Shown here in pieces: positions 1 through 9,515 of a stretch of DNA of 64,000 bases; within the stretch, counting starts at the first letter, position 1, and the number at the start of each line of letters is the position of its first letter. This stretch comes from Clostridia bacterium (lineage in GTDB: Bacteria > Bacillota > Clostridia > CAKSNL01 > HGM11501). The notes under the pieces are model-generated. The model saw nothing but the letters and a program-made list of their open reading frames with translations. It did no database searches and was not told where the DNA came from. Made by a program: the position numbers and the translations under genes. The stretch is taken from the NCBI GenBank assembly GCA_045123995.1, contig JBGVKY010000014.1:128710-192709 (forward strand). The letters run 5' to 3'.

Positions 1-1031
1 CTAAGTGTGCCTATTGTGACTTTAACTCTTACGGCGGAAAAACGGATATGATACCTTCTTATATTGATGCGCTTATTGGAGAAATGGCGAAATTTAAAGG
101 AATTTCGGCTGATACGGTCTATATAGGAGGGGGAACACCCACAATTCTTTCCACCAGGCAACTTCTAAAGCTTATACTTAAGGTAAAGGAACTTTTTGTT
201 CTGGAAGATGGATATGAATTTACAGTGGAATCAAACCCTGCTGCCGGGAATTTTGAAAAATACAGGCTTTTAAAAGATCTTGGGGTTAACCGCCTGAGTA
301 TCGGAGTGCAGTCTTTTCGGGATAATGAGCTTTCTGCACTTTCCAGAGTGCATTCTGGAAAGGAAGCAGAATGTGCCATTAAGGATGCAATTAAAGCGGG
401 ATTTTCCAATATAAGCATCGACCTTATGGAGGCGATACCCCATCAAACAAAGGAAAGCTTACTTGAAAATGTCAAAAAGGCGGTGTCTTTCGGAGTTAAT
501 CATATAAGTGCCTACTCCCTTATAATTGAAGAGGGAACGCCCTTTTATGAAAATACTCCTCCTCTGCCAACGGAGGAAGAGGAAAGAGAAATGCACCATG
601 CTTTATGTGACCTTCTGGAAAAAGAGGGTTTTTGCCATTATGAGATTTCCAATTTCGGAAAAGAAGGCTTTTTCTCAAAACATAATCTGAAATACTGGAA
701 AAGGGAACCTTACTTGGGATTTGGTGCTGGAGCTCATTCTTTTTATGAAGGGAAAAGATTTTCCAATGTTCTTTCTATAGAAGACTATATAAAGTCGGAA
801 GAAAAGATAAAAGAGGAAATTGAAATTTCTGAAAAAGAGGGAGAAATGGAAAGGTTTATGCTGGGATTTCGTATCCTCACGGGCTTTGATACTAAAGGAA
901 ATTTTAAGGAAAAAATTGAAAAGCTGAAAGAAAAAGGCCTTGTCATGACTAATGGGGATATAGCATGCCTTACAAAAAAAGGCGAGGATTTGGCAAATTT
1001 GGTATTTATGGAGTTTGTAGGGGACCTATGA
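1..1031 (+). CDS. hemW: radical SAM family heme chaperone HemW / coproporphyrinogen-III oxidase-like protein (5' end outside window)
   Basis: The frame is open from nt 3 and encodes ...CAYCDFNSY..., the tail of the radical-SAM CxxxCxxC motif, then an HemN-like body ending at 1031; the track ORF at 48 is an internal Met. Confidence 0.8.
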   Translation, partial: KCAYCDFNSYGGKTDMIPSYIDALIGEMAKFKGISADTVYIGGGTPTILSTRQLLKLILKVKELFVLEDGYEFTVESNPAAGNFEKYRLLKDLGVNRLSIGVQSFRDNELSALSRVHSGKEAECAIKDAIKAGFSNISIDLMEAIPHQTKESLLENVKKAVSFGVNHISAYSLIIEEGTPFYENTPPLPTEEEEREMHHALCDLLEKEGFCHYEISNFGKEGFFSKHNLKYWKREPYLGFGAGAHSFYEGKRFSNVLSIEDYIKSEEKIKEEIEISEKEGEMERFMLGFRILTGFDTKGNFKEKIEKLKEKGLVMTNGDIACLTKKGEDLANLVFMEFVGDL

Positions 1032-1462
1032 TGAAAAGAAAGTTAAGTGCAAGAGAAACGGCGGCAAAGCTCTGTTCCCTTAGTTATCAGACAAGAAAAA
1101 CCCTTTCTGAAAAGCTTTATAAAAAAGGCTTTTCAAAGGATGAGGTTGAATCATCCGTTGAAGCTATGTGTTCTTTGGGATACATAGACGAAGAAAACTA
1201 TGCAAAAAGCTTTATTAACGATAGCTATAAAATTAAAAAGCACGGCAAAATAAGAATAAGGACAGAGCTTAAATTAAAGGGAATAGAGGAAGATATAATA
1301 GAAAGAGCCATAGAAAATGCCGATGCAGATGAATTTATGATACTAAAAAACGAATTTGAAAAAAGATTCAAATACGAAGAAGATAAAAATAAAATAATAA
1401 GGTTTTTTGTAACAAGGGGATTTAATTTAAGTGATATAAGGAGGTGCATGGATGAAGAATAA
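1028..1462 (+). CDS. recX: recombination regulator RecX
   Basis: About 145 aa of three-helix-repeat, RecX-like sequence (KGFS..DEV, YIDDENYA, LKGIEEDIIERAI, FLVTRGF). The ATG at 1028 overlaps the hemW stop as ATGA. Confidence 0.65.
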   Translation: MMKRKLSARETAAKLCSLSYQTRKTLSEKLYKKGFSKDEVESSVEAMCSLGYIDEENYAKSFINDSYKIKKHGKIRIRTELKLKGIEEDIIERAIENADADEFMILKNEFEKRFKYEEDKNKIIRFFVTRGFNLSDIRRCMDEE

Positions 1463-2783
1463 AAAAGTTGGATTTATATCCTTGGGCTGTTCCAAAAATC
1501 TGGTGGACAGCGAAAACATGATTGGAATACTTATGTCTAAGGGATATGAAATGACCGATACATATGAAGAAGCAGAGATTATTGTAGTAAATACCTGTGC
1601 CTTTATCGATTCGGCAAAAAAGGAGAGCATAGATGCTATCTTGGATGCCGCGGAATATAAAAATAAAGGAAAATGCGAAATTTTAATCTGTGCAGGATGC
1701 CTTTCGGAGAGGTATAAGGATGAAATTATGCAGGAAATTCCGGAGCTTGACGGAGTTTTAGGGGTAGAAGATTACGATAAAATAGACCTTTTGATAGAGT
1801 CTTCGTATAAAAACGAGAAAAGGGGCTTTTTTGGGGGTGATGCCTCAGGAAAGACACTTCCCAGAGTTTTGACGACTCCATCTCATGTGGCGTACCTGAA
1901 AATTGCCGAGGGCTGTGATAATTTCTGCAGCTACTGTGCGATTCCCTTTATAAGAGGAAGATTTAAAAGCCGCCCTATGGAAGATATAATTGACGAAGCA
2001 AAGACTCTTTCAGAAAACGGAGTTTCTGAACTTATTGTAATCGCACAGGACACTACCAAGTACGGAATAGATTTATACAAGGAAAAAAGACTTGCTGCTC
2101 TTTTAAAAGAAATTTGCAAGATTGATAAAATAAAGTGGGTAAGGGTTCATTACTGCTATCCCGAAGAAATAACTGATGAACTTATAGAAGCATTTAAAAC
2201 GGAAGAAAAAATTGTAAAATATATGGATATTCCCATTCAGCATATTGACGATGATATCTTAAGGAAGATGAACAGAAAGACAACCGGGGACAATATAAGA
2301 AATTTAATTTTGAAACTGAGAAAAGAAATTCCCGGTATCGCAATAAGAACTTCTCTTATAGCAGGCTTTCCAACTGAAAGCGAAGAACAGTTTTCAAAGC
2401 TTTGCGACTTTTTGGGCGAAATGAAGTTTGAAAGACTTGGTGCATTTGCCTACTCGGCAGAGGAAGGGACAAATGCGGCAAAAATGGACGGACAGATTGA
2501 GGAAGATATAAAAGAAGAAAGAGCCCAAAAACTCATGGCTATACAGGCAGAAATCGCTGAAGAAAACGGAAGAAAAATGATTGGAAAAACTCTTTCGGTT
2601 ATATGTGAGGCCTTTGATGAAGAATCCTGCCTTTATGTTGGAAGAAGCTATATGGATTCTTTGGATGTTGACGGAAAAGTATATTTCGGCGCAGAAGCTG
2701 ACCTCGATAGTGGCCAGTTCGTCAATGTTAAAATTTTGGACTATGTTGATTATGATTTGACAGGAGAGATGATTTATGAATAA
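1452..2783 (+). CDS. rimO: ribosomal protein S12 methylthiotransferase RimO
   Basis: N-terminal MTTase domain (VGFISLGCSKNLVDSE), radical SAM CDNFCSYCAIP motif and C-terminal TRAM domain; AAGGAGG ribosome-binding site 7 nt upstream. Confidence 0.85.
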   Translation: MKNKKVGFISLGCSKNLVDSENMIGILMSKGYEMTDTYEEAEIIVVNTCAFIDSAKKESIDAILDAAEYKNKGKCEILICAGCLSERYKDEIMQEIPELDGVLGVEDYDKIDLLIESSYKNEKRGFFGGDASGKTLPRVLTTPSHVAYLKIAEGCDNFCSYCAIPFIRGRFKSRPMEDIIDEAKTLSENGVSELIVIAQDTTKYGIDLYKEKRLAALLKEICKIDKIKWVRVHYCYPEEITDELIEAFKTEEKIVKYMDIPIQHIDDDILRKMNRKTTGDNIRNLILKLRKEIPGIAIRTSLIAGFPTESEEQFSKLCDFLGEMKFERLGAFAYSAEEGTNAAKMDGQIEEDIKEERAQKLMAIQAEIAEENGRKMIGKTLSVICEAFDEESCLYVGRSYMDSLDVDGKVYFGAEADLDSGQFVNVKILDYVDYDLTGEMIYE

Positions 2784-3339
2784 TCTGCCTAACAGACTTA
2801 CGGTTTTGAGAATGATACTTGTACCCGTAGTTATGATTTTTATGCTTTGTGATATTGTAAAGGGAAGTATTTTCGGAATTACTTATCAGAACATGATTGC
2901 GGCACTGATTTTCATTGTAGCATCCTTAACCGACTGGTTTGACGGTTATATAGCAAGACGTGATAATCTGGTTACCAATTTTGGTAAGGTTATGGACCCT
3001 TTAGCGGATAAGCTCATTGTAACGGCTGTTATGCTCTGCTTATTAAAAAGCGGAGTTTTCCCGGTATGGTGTGTTATGATAATCCTTGCAAGAGATTTTC
3101 TTATCACCGGAATAAGAGTAATTGCCGTGGCAGACGGGATTTCCGTGGCGGCAAGCATCTGGGGAAAGGTTAAGACTACAATTCAGATGGTGTCCATGGT
3201 AATTGCTATTTTGTTCGGTGCAAGCGAAATTTCTTTCCTTTATATAATCGCACAGGCAGGTATATATTTGTCAACCTTGGCAACCTTGATTTCGGGAATA
3301 ACCTACATCTACGATTACAGAAAAGTTTTTGAAAAATAA
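2776..3339 (+). CDS. pgsA: CDP-diacylglycerol--glycerol-3-phosphate 3-phosphatidyltransferase
   Basis: CDP-alcohol phosphatidyltransferase motifs (DGYIARR, DPLADK) in a multi-transmembrane protein; start overlaps the rimO stop. Confidence 0.85.
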   Translation: MNNLPNRLTVLRMILVPVVMIFMLCDIVKGSIFGITYQNMIAALIFIVASLTDWFDGYIARRDNLVTNFGKVMDPLADKLIVTAVMLCLLKSGVFPVWCVMIILARDFLITGIRVIAVADGISVAASIWGKVKTTIQMVSMVIAILFGASEISFLYIIAQAGIYLSTLATLISGITYIYDYRKVFEK

Positions 3340-3341
3340 TG

Positions 3342-3370
3342 TTGACAAGGGACTCACTTTGTGGTAATAT
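3342..3370 (+). promoter_or_regulatory. sigma-A type promoter for the rplU operon
   Basis: TTGACA, 17 nt, then TAATAT preceded by TG. Confidence 0.5.
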
Positions 3371-3447
3371 AGTACGGTAACCGCATAGAACGGGTTTATT
3401 TAAGTGCGCCAAGCCACCCGCAATAGCGAGTCTGATTATACAGGGAG
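3371..3447 (+). ncRNA. candidate ribosomal protein L21 leader (autoregulatory 5' UTR)
   Basis: A ~77-nt GC-enriched structured leader lies between the promoter and rplU, the position of the Firmicute L21 leader; no covariance check was possible. Confidence 0.3.
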
Positions 3448-3765
3448 GTGCAAGAAATGTACGCAGTGATCGAAACAGGCGGAAAGCAGTACCAGGTTAA
3501 AGCAGGTGACGTAGTATTTGTAGAAAAGATTGATACAGATGCAGAAGTCGTTACTTTTGACAAGGTTGTAGCATTAGGCGGCGAAGGTGACTTCAAGGTT
3601 GGTGCTCCTTATGTTGAAGGTGCAACTGTAAGTGCCAAGGTTTTAAAGCAGACCAAGGGTAAGAAGGTAATTGTTTACCGTTATAAGTCCAAGAAGGGTT
3701 ATCACAAGAAAAAAGGCCACAGACAGCCTTTTACAAAAGTTGAAATCCAGGCAATCAATGCATAA
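3448..3765 (+). CDS. rplU: 50S ribosomal protein L21
   Basis: The N-terminus [18 protein letters not shown] is the classic L21 start. Confidence 0.95.
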   Translation: MQEMYAVIETGGKQYQVKAGDVVFVEKIDTDAEVVTFDKVVALGGEGDFKVGAPYVEGATVSAKVLKQTKGKKVIVYRYKSKKGYHKKKGHRQPFTKVEIQAINA

Positions 3766-4088
3766 TGACTACGGCAGAGTTTCATTTTGCAGGGGATTTG
3801 ATTAAATCTTTAAAGATATCGGGTCATTCCGGTTTTGCTGATGAAGGGGAAGACATTATATGTGCTTCTGTTTCTTCTACAGTATGGATGACTATAAACG
3901 GTCTTGAAAATGTAATTGGGGCAAAAGTTTCCTACAAGGAGAAAGAAGCTTTGGTTACGTTGAATGTAAAGAACGAGTCTTTAAAAGAAGCTTTTCCCAT
4001 GCTCGAAAGTTTGAGGCAGTTTTTATGCAATCTTTCTATTGAATATGAGGATTATCTCACTGTGAAGGAGGTACACGAAAATGTTTAA
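3765..4088 (+). CDS. prp: ribosomal-processing cysteine protease Prp
   Basis: A ~107-aa YsxB/Prp-like ORF sits between rplU and rpmA, which is the conserved Firmicute arrangement. Confidence 0.8.
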   Translation: MTTAEFHFAGDLIKSLKISGHSGFADEGEDIICASVSSTVWMTINGLENVIGAKVSYKEKEALVTLNVKNESLKEAFPMLESLRQFLCNLSIEYEDYLTVKEVHENV

Positions 4089-4362
4089 ATTAAACATACA
4101 GCTTTTCGCTCATAAAAAGGGTGTCGGCAGCACAAAGAACGGCAGAGACTCTGAATCCAAGAGACTCGGCGTTAAGAGAGCTGACGGTCAGGTTGTTTTA
4201 GCAGGCAACATTTTAGTTCGCCAGAGAGGAACACACATTCACCCCGGAATCAACGTTTCCAGAGGCAGTGACGACACTTTGTTTGCGACTGCAGACGGAA
4301 GAGTTAAGTTTGAGAGAAAAGGTAAGGATAAAAAGCAGGTAAGCGTTTATCCTGTAGCTTAA
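4081..4362 (+). CDS. rpmA: 50S ribosomal protein L27 (with N-terminal Prp-cleaved extension)
   Basis: [24 protein letters not shown].. is the L27 signature carrying the Firmicute pro-peptide. Confidence 0.95.
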   Translation: MFKLNIQLFAHKKGVGSTKNGRDSESKRLGVKRADGQVVLAGNILVRQRGTHIHPGINVSRGSDDTLFATADGRVKFERKGKDKKQVSVYPVA

Positions 4363-4373
4363 TTATGAATTTG

Positions 4374-4404
4374 AAAAGCACAAGGGTAAACCTTGTGCTT
4401 TTAT
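4374..4404 (+). terminator. rho-independent terminator after rpmA
   Basis: GCACAAGG / CCTTGTGC stem followed by TTTT. Confidence 0.7.
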
Positions 4405-4425
4405 CATGCAGAAAGGAAAAATAAA

Positions 4426-5685
4426 ATGTTTATAAGACCAAAGATAATAGACACATTAAAAGATTATAACGGAAAAAAATTCACGGAAGACCTGATTGCT
4501 GGAATTATCGTTGCGATAATTGCTCTTCCTTTGTCCATAGCTCTTGCTATAGCGTCGGGAGCAGCACCTGAGCAGGGTTTATACACTGCCATTGTTGCAG
4601 GATTTGTAATTGCTCTTTTAGGCGGAAGTAAGGTTAACATTTCAGGACCCACGGCTGCCTTTGCAACAATTGTTGCAGGAATAATCGCAACAAATGGTAT
4701 GGACGGCCTTGTAGTGGCTACTATAATGGCTGGTATAATTCTTATTTTAATGGGTATATTCCGCATGGGAGGTCTCATAAAGTACATACCTCACACAATT
4801 ACAGTTGGTTTTACATCAGGAATAGCTGTGACTATCTTTGCTGGACAGCTCAAGGACTTTTTCGGAATCACGTTTCCTTCCGGGACTCATGCAGTTGAAA
4901 CTACAGAAAAAATTTCTGCAGTAATTAAAAATTTCGGTACAGTAAATTGGCTTAGTGTATTAGTGGGAACACTTGCTCTTTTAATCCTTATTTTCTGGCC
5001 CCGTGTGAGTAAGAAAATACCTGGTTCTCTGATAGCAGTTATCTTTGGGGTATTCTTTGTTCTCCTTTTGAAACTTGATGTAAATACAATCGGTACGCTT
5101 TATCCCGATATATCAAATGCTCCTCCAAAATTCAGCGTGCCCCAATTTGATTTATCAAAAATCCCTTCTTTAATTCCTGATGCTTTTACAATTGCAATAC
5201 TTGCGGCAATTGAATCCTTGTTATCTTGCGTTGTATCTGACGGAATGATAGGGGATAAACACAATTCAAATACAGAGTTAATTGCTCAGGGAGCAGGAAA
5301 TATCTGCTCGGGTCTTTTTGGAGGAATTCCTGCAACAGGAGCGATTGCAAGAACAGCTGCAAATGTTAAAAACGGTGGAAAATCACCGGTTTCCGGAATG
5401 GTTCATGCGGTAGTTCTCTTGCTTGTATTGGTTTTGCTTATGCCCTATGCATCTTTTATTCCTATGAGCGTAATTGCGGCAATTTTATTTATCGTAGCCT
5501 ATAATATGAGCGAATGGAGAGAGTTTTTGCATATAGTTAAAGAATCTCCCAAAACCGATATTCTGGTTTTGGTATTAACCTTCGTTTTAACAGTTGTATT
5601 TGATTTGGTTGTAGCCATTATAACAGGAATTATTGTTCATTACATAATAGTTTTCATAAAAAAGTTTTCAGGGAAAAACAAATGA
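4426..5685 (+). CDS. SulP-family inorganic anion transporter, lacking a C-terminal STAS domain
   Basis: Multi-transmembrane SulP core (GIIVAIIALPLSIALA, GPTAAF) that stops right after the last transmembrane segment. Start chosen at MFIRPK, which has a GAAAGGAAAA ribosome-binding site. Confidence 0.7.
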   Translation: MFIRPKIIDTLKDYNGKKFTEDLIAGIIVAIIALPLSIALAIASGAAPEQGLYTAIVAGFVIALLGGSKVNISGPTAAFATIVAGIIATNGMDGLVVATIMAGIILILMGIFRMGGLIKYIPHTITVGFTSGIAVTIFAGQLKDFFGITFPSGTHAVETTEKISAVIKNFGTVNWLSVLVGTLALLILIFWPRVSKKIPGSLIAVIFGVFFVLLLKLDVNTIGTLYPDISNAPPKFSVPQFDLSKIPSLIPDAFTIAILAAIESLLSCVVSDGMIGDKHNSNTELIAQGAGNICSGLFGGIPATGAIARTAANVKNGGKSPVSGMVHAVVLLLVLVLLMPYASFIPMSVIAAILFIVAYNMSEWREFLHIVKESPKTDILVLVLTFVLTVVFDLVVAIITGIIVHYIIVFIKKFSGKNK

Positions 5686-5731
5686 TTATTAAAAAAACTG
5701 TAAACACTAGGGAAATAAGGAAGGTGAGAAT

Positions 5732-8173
5732 GTGGAGAAATTCAATATCACGGGAATGAGCTGTGCAGCCTGCTCTGCCAGGGTGGAAAAGGCGGTATCC
5801 TGTGTTCCCGGCGTGAAAAGTGTAAACGTAAGCCTTTTGACAAATTCTATGACAGTTGAAGGAAAGTTTTCAAAAGAAGATGTGATTTTGGCAGTAGAAA
5901 AGGCAGGCTACGGTGCATCGGGTAAGAATGAAGATAAAAAGGCGGAAGAAAAAAGCCCTAAAGACAATCTTTTACTTCGCTTTTCATCCTCTCTCATTTT
6001 TCTCCTGGCACTTATGTATATTTCCATGGGGCATATTATGTGGGGTTGGCCCCTGCCTTCTGTATTTACCGGAAATCCGATGGTTTTGGGGCTTCTGGAG
6101 CTGATTTTAACGGAAATAATAATGGTTATAAACCAGAAGTTTTTTGTAAGTGGCTTTAAGGGAGTTATAAAAAAAGCGCCCAATATGGACACATTAGTGG
6201 CATTGGGCTCCGGTGCGGCCTTTGTATATAGCCTCGCTATTCTCTTTATGATGGCGGAAGCCTTGAAAGGCGGAGATTTAAATTCGGCTAAGCACCTTTT
6301 GCACGACCTTTATTTTGAATCTGCCGCAATGATTCTTTCACTTATAACTTTAGGCAAATTTTTAGAGGCTAAAGCTAAAGGTAAAACTACAAATGCCATA
6401 AAAAGCCTTATTGATTTAACCCCCAAGGTAGCTACGGTAATTAAGGACGGAAAAGAATTAAAGATTGAGGCAGGTCTTATGAATGTAGGAGATATTTTTT
6501 CCGTAAAACCCGGAGAAATGATACCTGCAGACGGAATTATCGTAGAAGGGGAAAGCTCCCTTGATGAAGCCTCTCTTACGGGAGAGAGCAATCCTGTTGA
6601 CAAAAAAGTGGGAGACAGGGTTTTAGCATCCTCCATAAATCAGTGGGGGCACATTTTATGCAGGGCAGAAAAGGTTGGCGAAGAAACGGCTTTGGGTCAG
6701 GTTATACGCCTGGTTGAAGAGGCTACCACCACAAAGGCGCCCATAGCCAGAGTGGCGGATAAGGTGTCCGGGATTTTTGTTCCCGTGGTTACCGGAATTG
6801 CGGTAGTCACCTTTTTAATCTGGCTTATGATGTCTGAAACGGTGGGCTATGCTCTGGCAAGAGCAATATCTGTCCTTGTTATAAGCTGTCCCTGTGCACT
6901 GGGCCTTGCAACCCCCGTTGCCATAATGGTAGGAAGCGGAGTCGGTGCGAAAAACGGAATTTTATTTAAGACAGCCTTTGCTCTCGAGGAATCGGGAAGA
7001 TGCAATATAGTGGCTCTGGATAAAACAGGAACGATTACAGAGGGTGAAATGTCTGTTACCGATGTTTCGGGAAAGGAAGAACTTTTAAGCCTTGCCTACT
7101 CTCTTGAGAAAAAAAGCGAGCATCCCCTGTCAAAGGCAATCTGCAAGTTTGCCGAAAAGGGAAATACGCCTCTTTTGCCAGTATCTGACTTTTCTTCCGT
7201 GGCAGGAAAAGGTCTTATGGGAGAAATTGACGGAAAAATGATCAGGGGCGGAAAAAGGGATTTTGTAAGCGTTCCGAAAGAAGCCGTAAAGACTGCCGAA
7301 GATTTTGAAAACCAGGGTAAAACGGTTATGTTCTTTGAAAGAGACGGAGAATATATTGGACTTATTGCCGTTTCCGATAAAATAAAAAATGACAGTAAAG
7401 AAGCAATCCTGACCTTAAGAAAAATGGGAATAAGAGTTATAATGCTTACGGGAGATAACGAAAGAACGGCAGCATTTATTTCAAAGGAAGCAGGAGTAAG
7501 CGAGGTTTATTCAAATCTTCTTCCAAAGGATAAAGAAGAAAAAATAAAAGCACTTAAGTCTGAGGGTAAGGTTTTAATGGTGGGAGACGGCATTAATGAT
7601 GCAGTTGCTCTTACTGTGGCAGACATTGGTGTTGCCATAGCGGCGGGAACGGATATAGCTATGGATTCGGCGGATATAGTGCTGATGAAAAATAGCTTAA
7701 AGGACGTATACAGGCTTATAAATCTATCTTATTCAACCCTTAAAAACATTCGCGAAAATCTTTTCTGGGCGTTTTTCTACAATGCGCTGGGAATTCCCAT
7801 TGCATCAGGTGTTTTCGTGTCTTTGGGATTTACGTTGAATCCTATGATAGGAGCTCTTGCAATGAGTCTTTCAAGCTTCTTTGTGGTTTCCAATGCTCTT
7901 AGACTTAACTTTACTGATGTTGAAAAAACAAGAAAGATAAAAACGATAAAGAAAAAGGAGGAAAAAACCATGGAAATAACAATAAAAATTGAAGGTATGA
8001 TGTGCCAGCATTGCTCAGGAAGGGTGAAAAAAGTACTTGAGGAATTGGACGGAGTTAAAGAGGCTTTGGTAAGTCACGAAGATGGAAGTGCAAAAGTAAA
8101 ACTCACAAAAGAGATTGAAACAGAAATTCTTGAAAAAGCGATTACACAGCAGGGTTATAAGGTAATAAAATAA
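5732..8173 (+). CDS. copA: copper-translocating P1B-type ATPase with N- and C-terminal heavy-metal-binding domains
   Basis: N-terminal GMSCAACS and C-terminal GMMCQHCS HMA motifs, a CPC transmembrane motif (SCPCALGLATP), DKTGT and GDGIND. GTG start with an AGGAAGG ribosome-binding site. Confidence 0.9.
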   Translation: MEKFNITGMSCAACSARVEKAVSCVPGVKSVNVSLLTNSMTVEGKFSKEDVILAVEKAGYGASGKNEDKKAEEKSPKDNLLLRFSSSLIFLLALMYISMGHIMWGWPLPSVFTGNPMVLGLLELILTEIIMVINQKFFVSGFKGVIKKAPNMDTLVALGSGAAFVYSLAILFMMAEALKGGDLNSAKHLLHDLYFESAAMILSLITLGKFLEAKAKGKTTNAIKSLIDLTPKVATVIKDGKELKIEAGLMNVGDIFSVKPGEMIPADGIIVEGESSLDEASLTGESNPVDKKVGDRVLASSINQWGHILCRAEKVGEETALGQVIRLVEEATTTKAPIARVADKVSGIFVPVVTGIAVVTFLIWLMMSETVGYALARAISVLVISCPCALGLATPVAIMVGSGVGAKNGILFKTAFALEESGRCNIVALDKTGTITEGEMSVTDVSGKEELLSLAYSLEKKSEHPLSKAICKFAEKGNTPLLPVSDFSSVAGKGLMGEIDGKMIRGGKRDFVSVPKEAVKTAEDFENQGKTVMFFERDGEYIGLIAVSDKIKNDSKEAILTLRKMGIRVIMLTGDNERTAAFISKEAGVSEVYSNLLPKDKEEKIKALKSEGKVLMVGDGINDAVALTVADIGVAIAAGTDIAMDSADIVLMKNSLKDVYRLINLSYSTLKNIRENLFWAFFYNALGIPIASGVFVSLGFTLNPMIGALAMSLSSFFVVSNALRLNFTDVEKTRKIKTIKKKEEKTMEITIKIEGMMCQHCSGRVKKVLEELDGVKEALVSHEDGSAKVKLTKEIETEILEKAITQQGYKVIK

Positions 8174-8197
8174 AAAAGGGCGAAAGCCCCTTTTTTG
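8172..8197 (+). terminator. rho-independent terminator after copA
   Basis: GGGC GAAA GCCC stem followed by TTTTTT. Confidence 0.7.
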
Positions 8198-8220
8198 TGG
8201 ATGTTTTTGGGGATTTCCTT

Positions 8221-8249
8221 GACTTTTATAATTGGGTATGGTAATATGA
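8221..8249 (+). promoter_or_regulatory. sigma-A type promoter
   Basis: TTGACT, 17 nt, then TAATAT preceded by TGG. Confidence 0.45.
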
Positions 8250-8280
8250 AATCTGGAATTTTCAGGAGAGGACGGATTTG

Positions 8281-9492
8281 ATGAAAAGCTTCAGATGGGG
8301 AATAATTTCAATAATTTTTTCTCTTTTATTTCTCTTTAATTCTTTTGCAGAAGAGATAAGAAAAGATGATGATTTATTAAAAGATGCTAAGGTTTCTTTT
8401 CATGCGGAAATAGATTCGGAAGAAATGCTGGAAAGAAGATTTTTATTCGGTCTTTATTCTGAGGAAGGAGAACCTCTGGGTTTTAAGGCTCAATATGTAA
8501 AGGACTGGGAAAAAAGCTTTAACGTAGAATTTTTAATTCCTGAATATAGTATAGGCGAGGCTTTTTACGTTAAGCTTATGGAGGATAGCGGAGAAATAGA
8601 ATATAACGGCGAAAAAGGGAAAAAAGTAAAGGTTAATACCTATGTTTACCAAGATGCTGAGGGAAATGCCAGAAAGCAAACTACCTTTTATGGGAAAATA
8701 ACCCCGGGAAAAATAAAAAAAACAGACATTACCCTTTATGGAAATAAAATAAAAGACGATTTTTTCATACTTGATAACAAGGTTTTTGTAAGCGAAGACT
8801 TTATCAAAGAGCTGAGGATTGATATTTCCAAGGAAGAGGATTTATATATATTGAAGTCAGAAAACGGGATATGTCAGATGACTTTCCGAAAAGGAAAAAC
8901 AAAAGCGGTTTTTCAAAATGAAGAGATAAGTCTTAATTATCCTCTTATGATTTTTGAAGAAAAAGCCTATTTTCCTCTTTACGAAGTGGGAATATATTTT
9001 GCCTGCAATTATATTGACGAGAGTACAGAAGATACGAAAATAATAAAGCTTGACTATTCTCATTATGCCAATGTGGATGAAAAGGAAAGATTTATAAATT
9101 CTTCAGGGATAGAAAGTAAGACGGAATATCTCATATTTATTAAAAAAGACGATTTTACCGTAAACGTATATACGGGAGAAAAAGGGTTCTGGCATCTTTA
9201 TAAAAGCTATCCCTGTGCTCTTGGGGCTAAAAACTCACCGACAGTTGAGGGTGAGTTTGAGTATGAGGAATTCATCGAAAGATGGAATTATGATGTTTAT
9301 TACTGTGGTCCTGTTATAAGGTTTTACAGGGGCTATGCTCTTCATTCAACACTCATAAGATACAACGGAAACCTTTATGATGACAGGGTTGGAGTGGAAA
9401 TTTCCCACGGATGTATAAGGCTCCATCCCGAAGATATAAATCATCTGGCGGAAATAATTCCCTTGGGAACTAAAATTTATATAACAAAATAA
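8281..9492 (+). CDS. secreted L,D-transpeptidase (YkuD-fold) with a ~280-aa N-terminal domain of unknown function
   Basis: Signal peptide, and a C-terminal YkuD catalytic motif (HGYALHST...[13 protein letters not shown]). Confidence 0.7.
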   Translation: MKSFRWGIISIIFSLLFLFNSFAEEIRKDDDLLKDAKVSFHAEIDSEEMLERRFLFGLYSEEGEPLGFKAQYVKDWEKSFNVEFLIPEYSIGEAFYVKLMEDSGEIEYNGEKGKKVKVNTYVYQDAEGNARKQTTFYGKITPGKIKKTDITLYGNKIKDDFFILDNKVFVSEDFIKELRIDISKEEDLYILKSENGICQMTFRKGKTKAVFQNEEISLNYPLMIFEEKAYFPLYEVGIYFACNYIDESTEDTKIIKLDYSHYANVDEKERFINSSGIESKTEYLIFIKKDDFTVNVYTGEKGFWHLYKSYPCALGAKNSPTVEGEFEYEEFIERWNYDVYYCGPVIRFYRGYALHSTLIRYNGNLYDDRVGVEISHGCIRLHPEDINHLAEIIPLGTKIYITK

Positions 9493-9515
9493 TGTTAAAG
9501 AAAGGATTTGAAAAT

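Noticed and set aside
4464-4787. Minus-strand 107-aa ORF inside the SulP gene
   Set aside because: Antisense to transmembrane-helix-coding sequence. Its Ile/Pro-rich translation is typical of an antisense artefact in hydrophobic genes.
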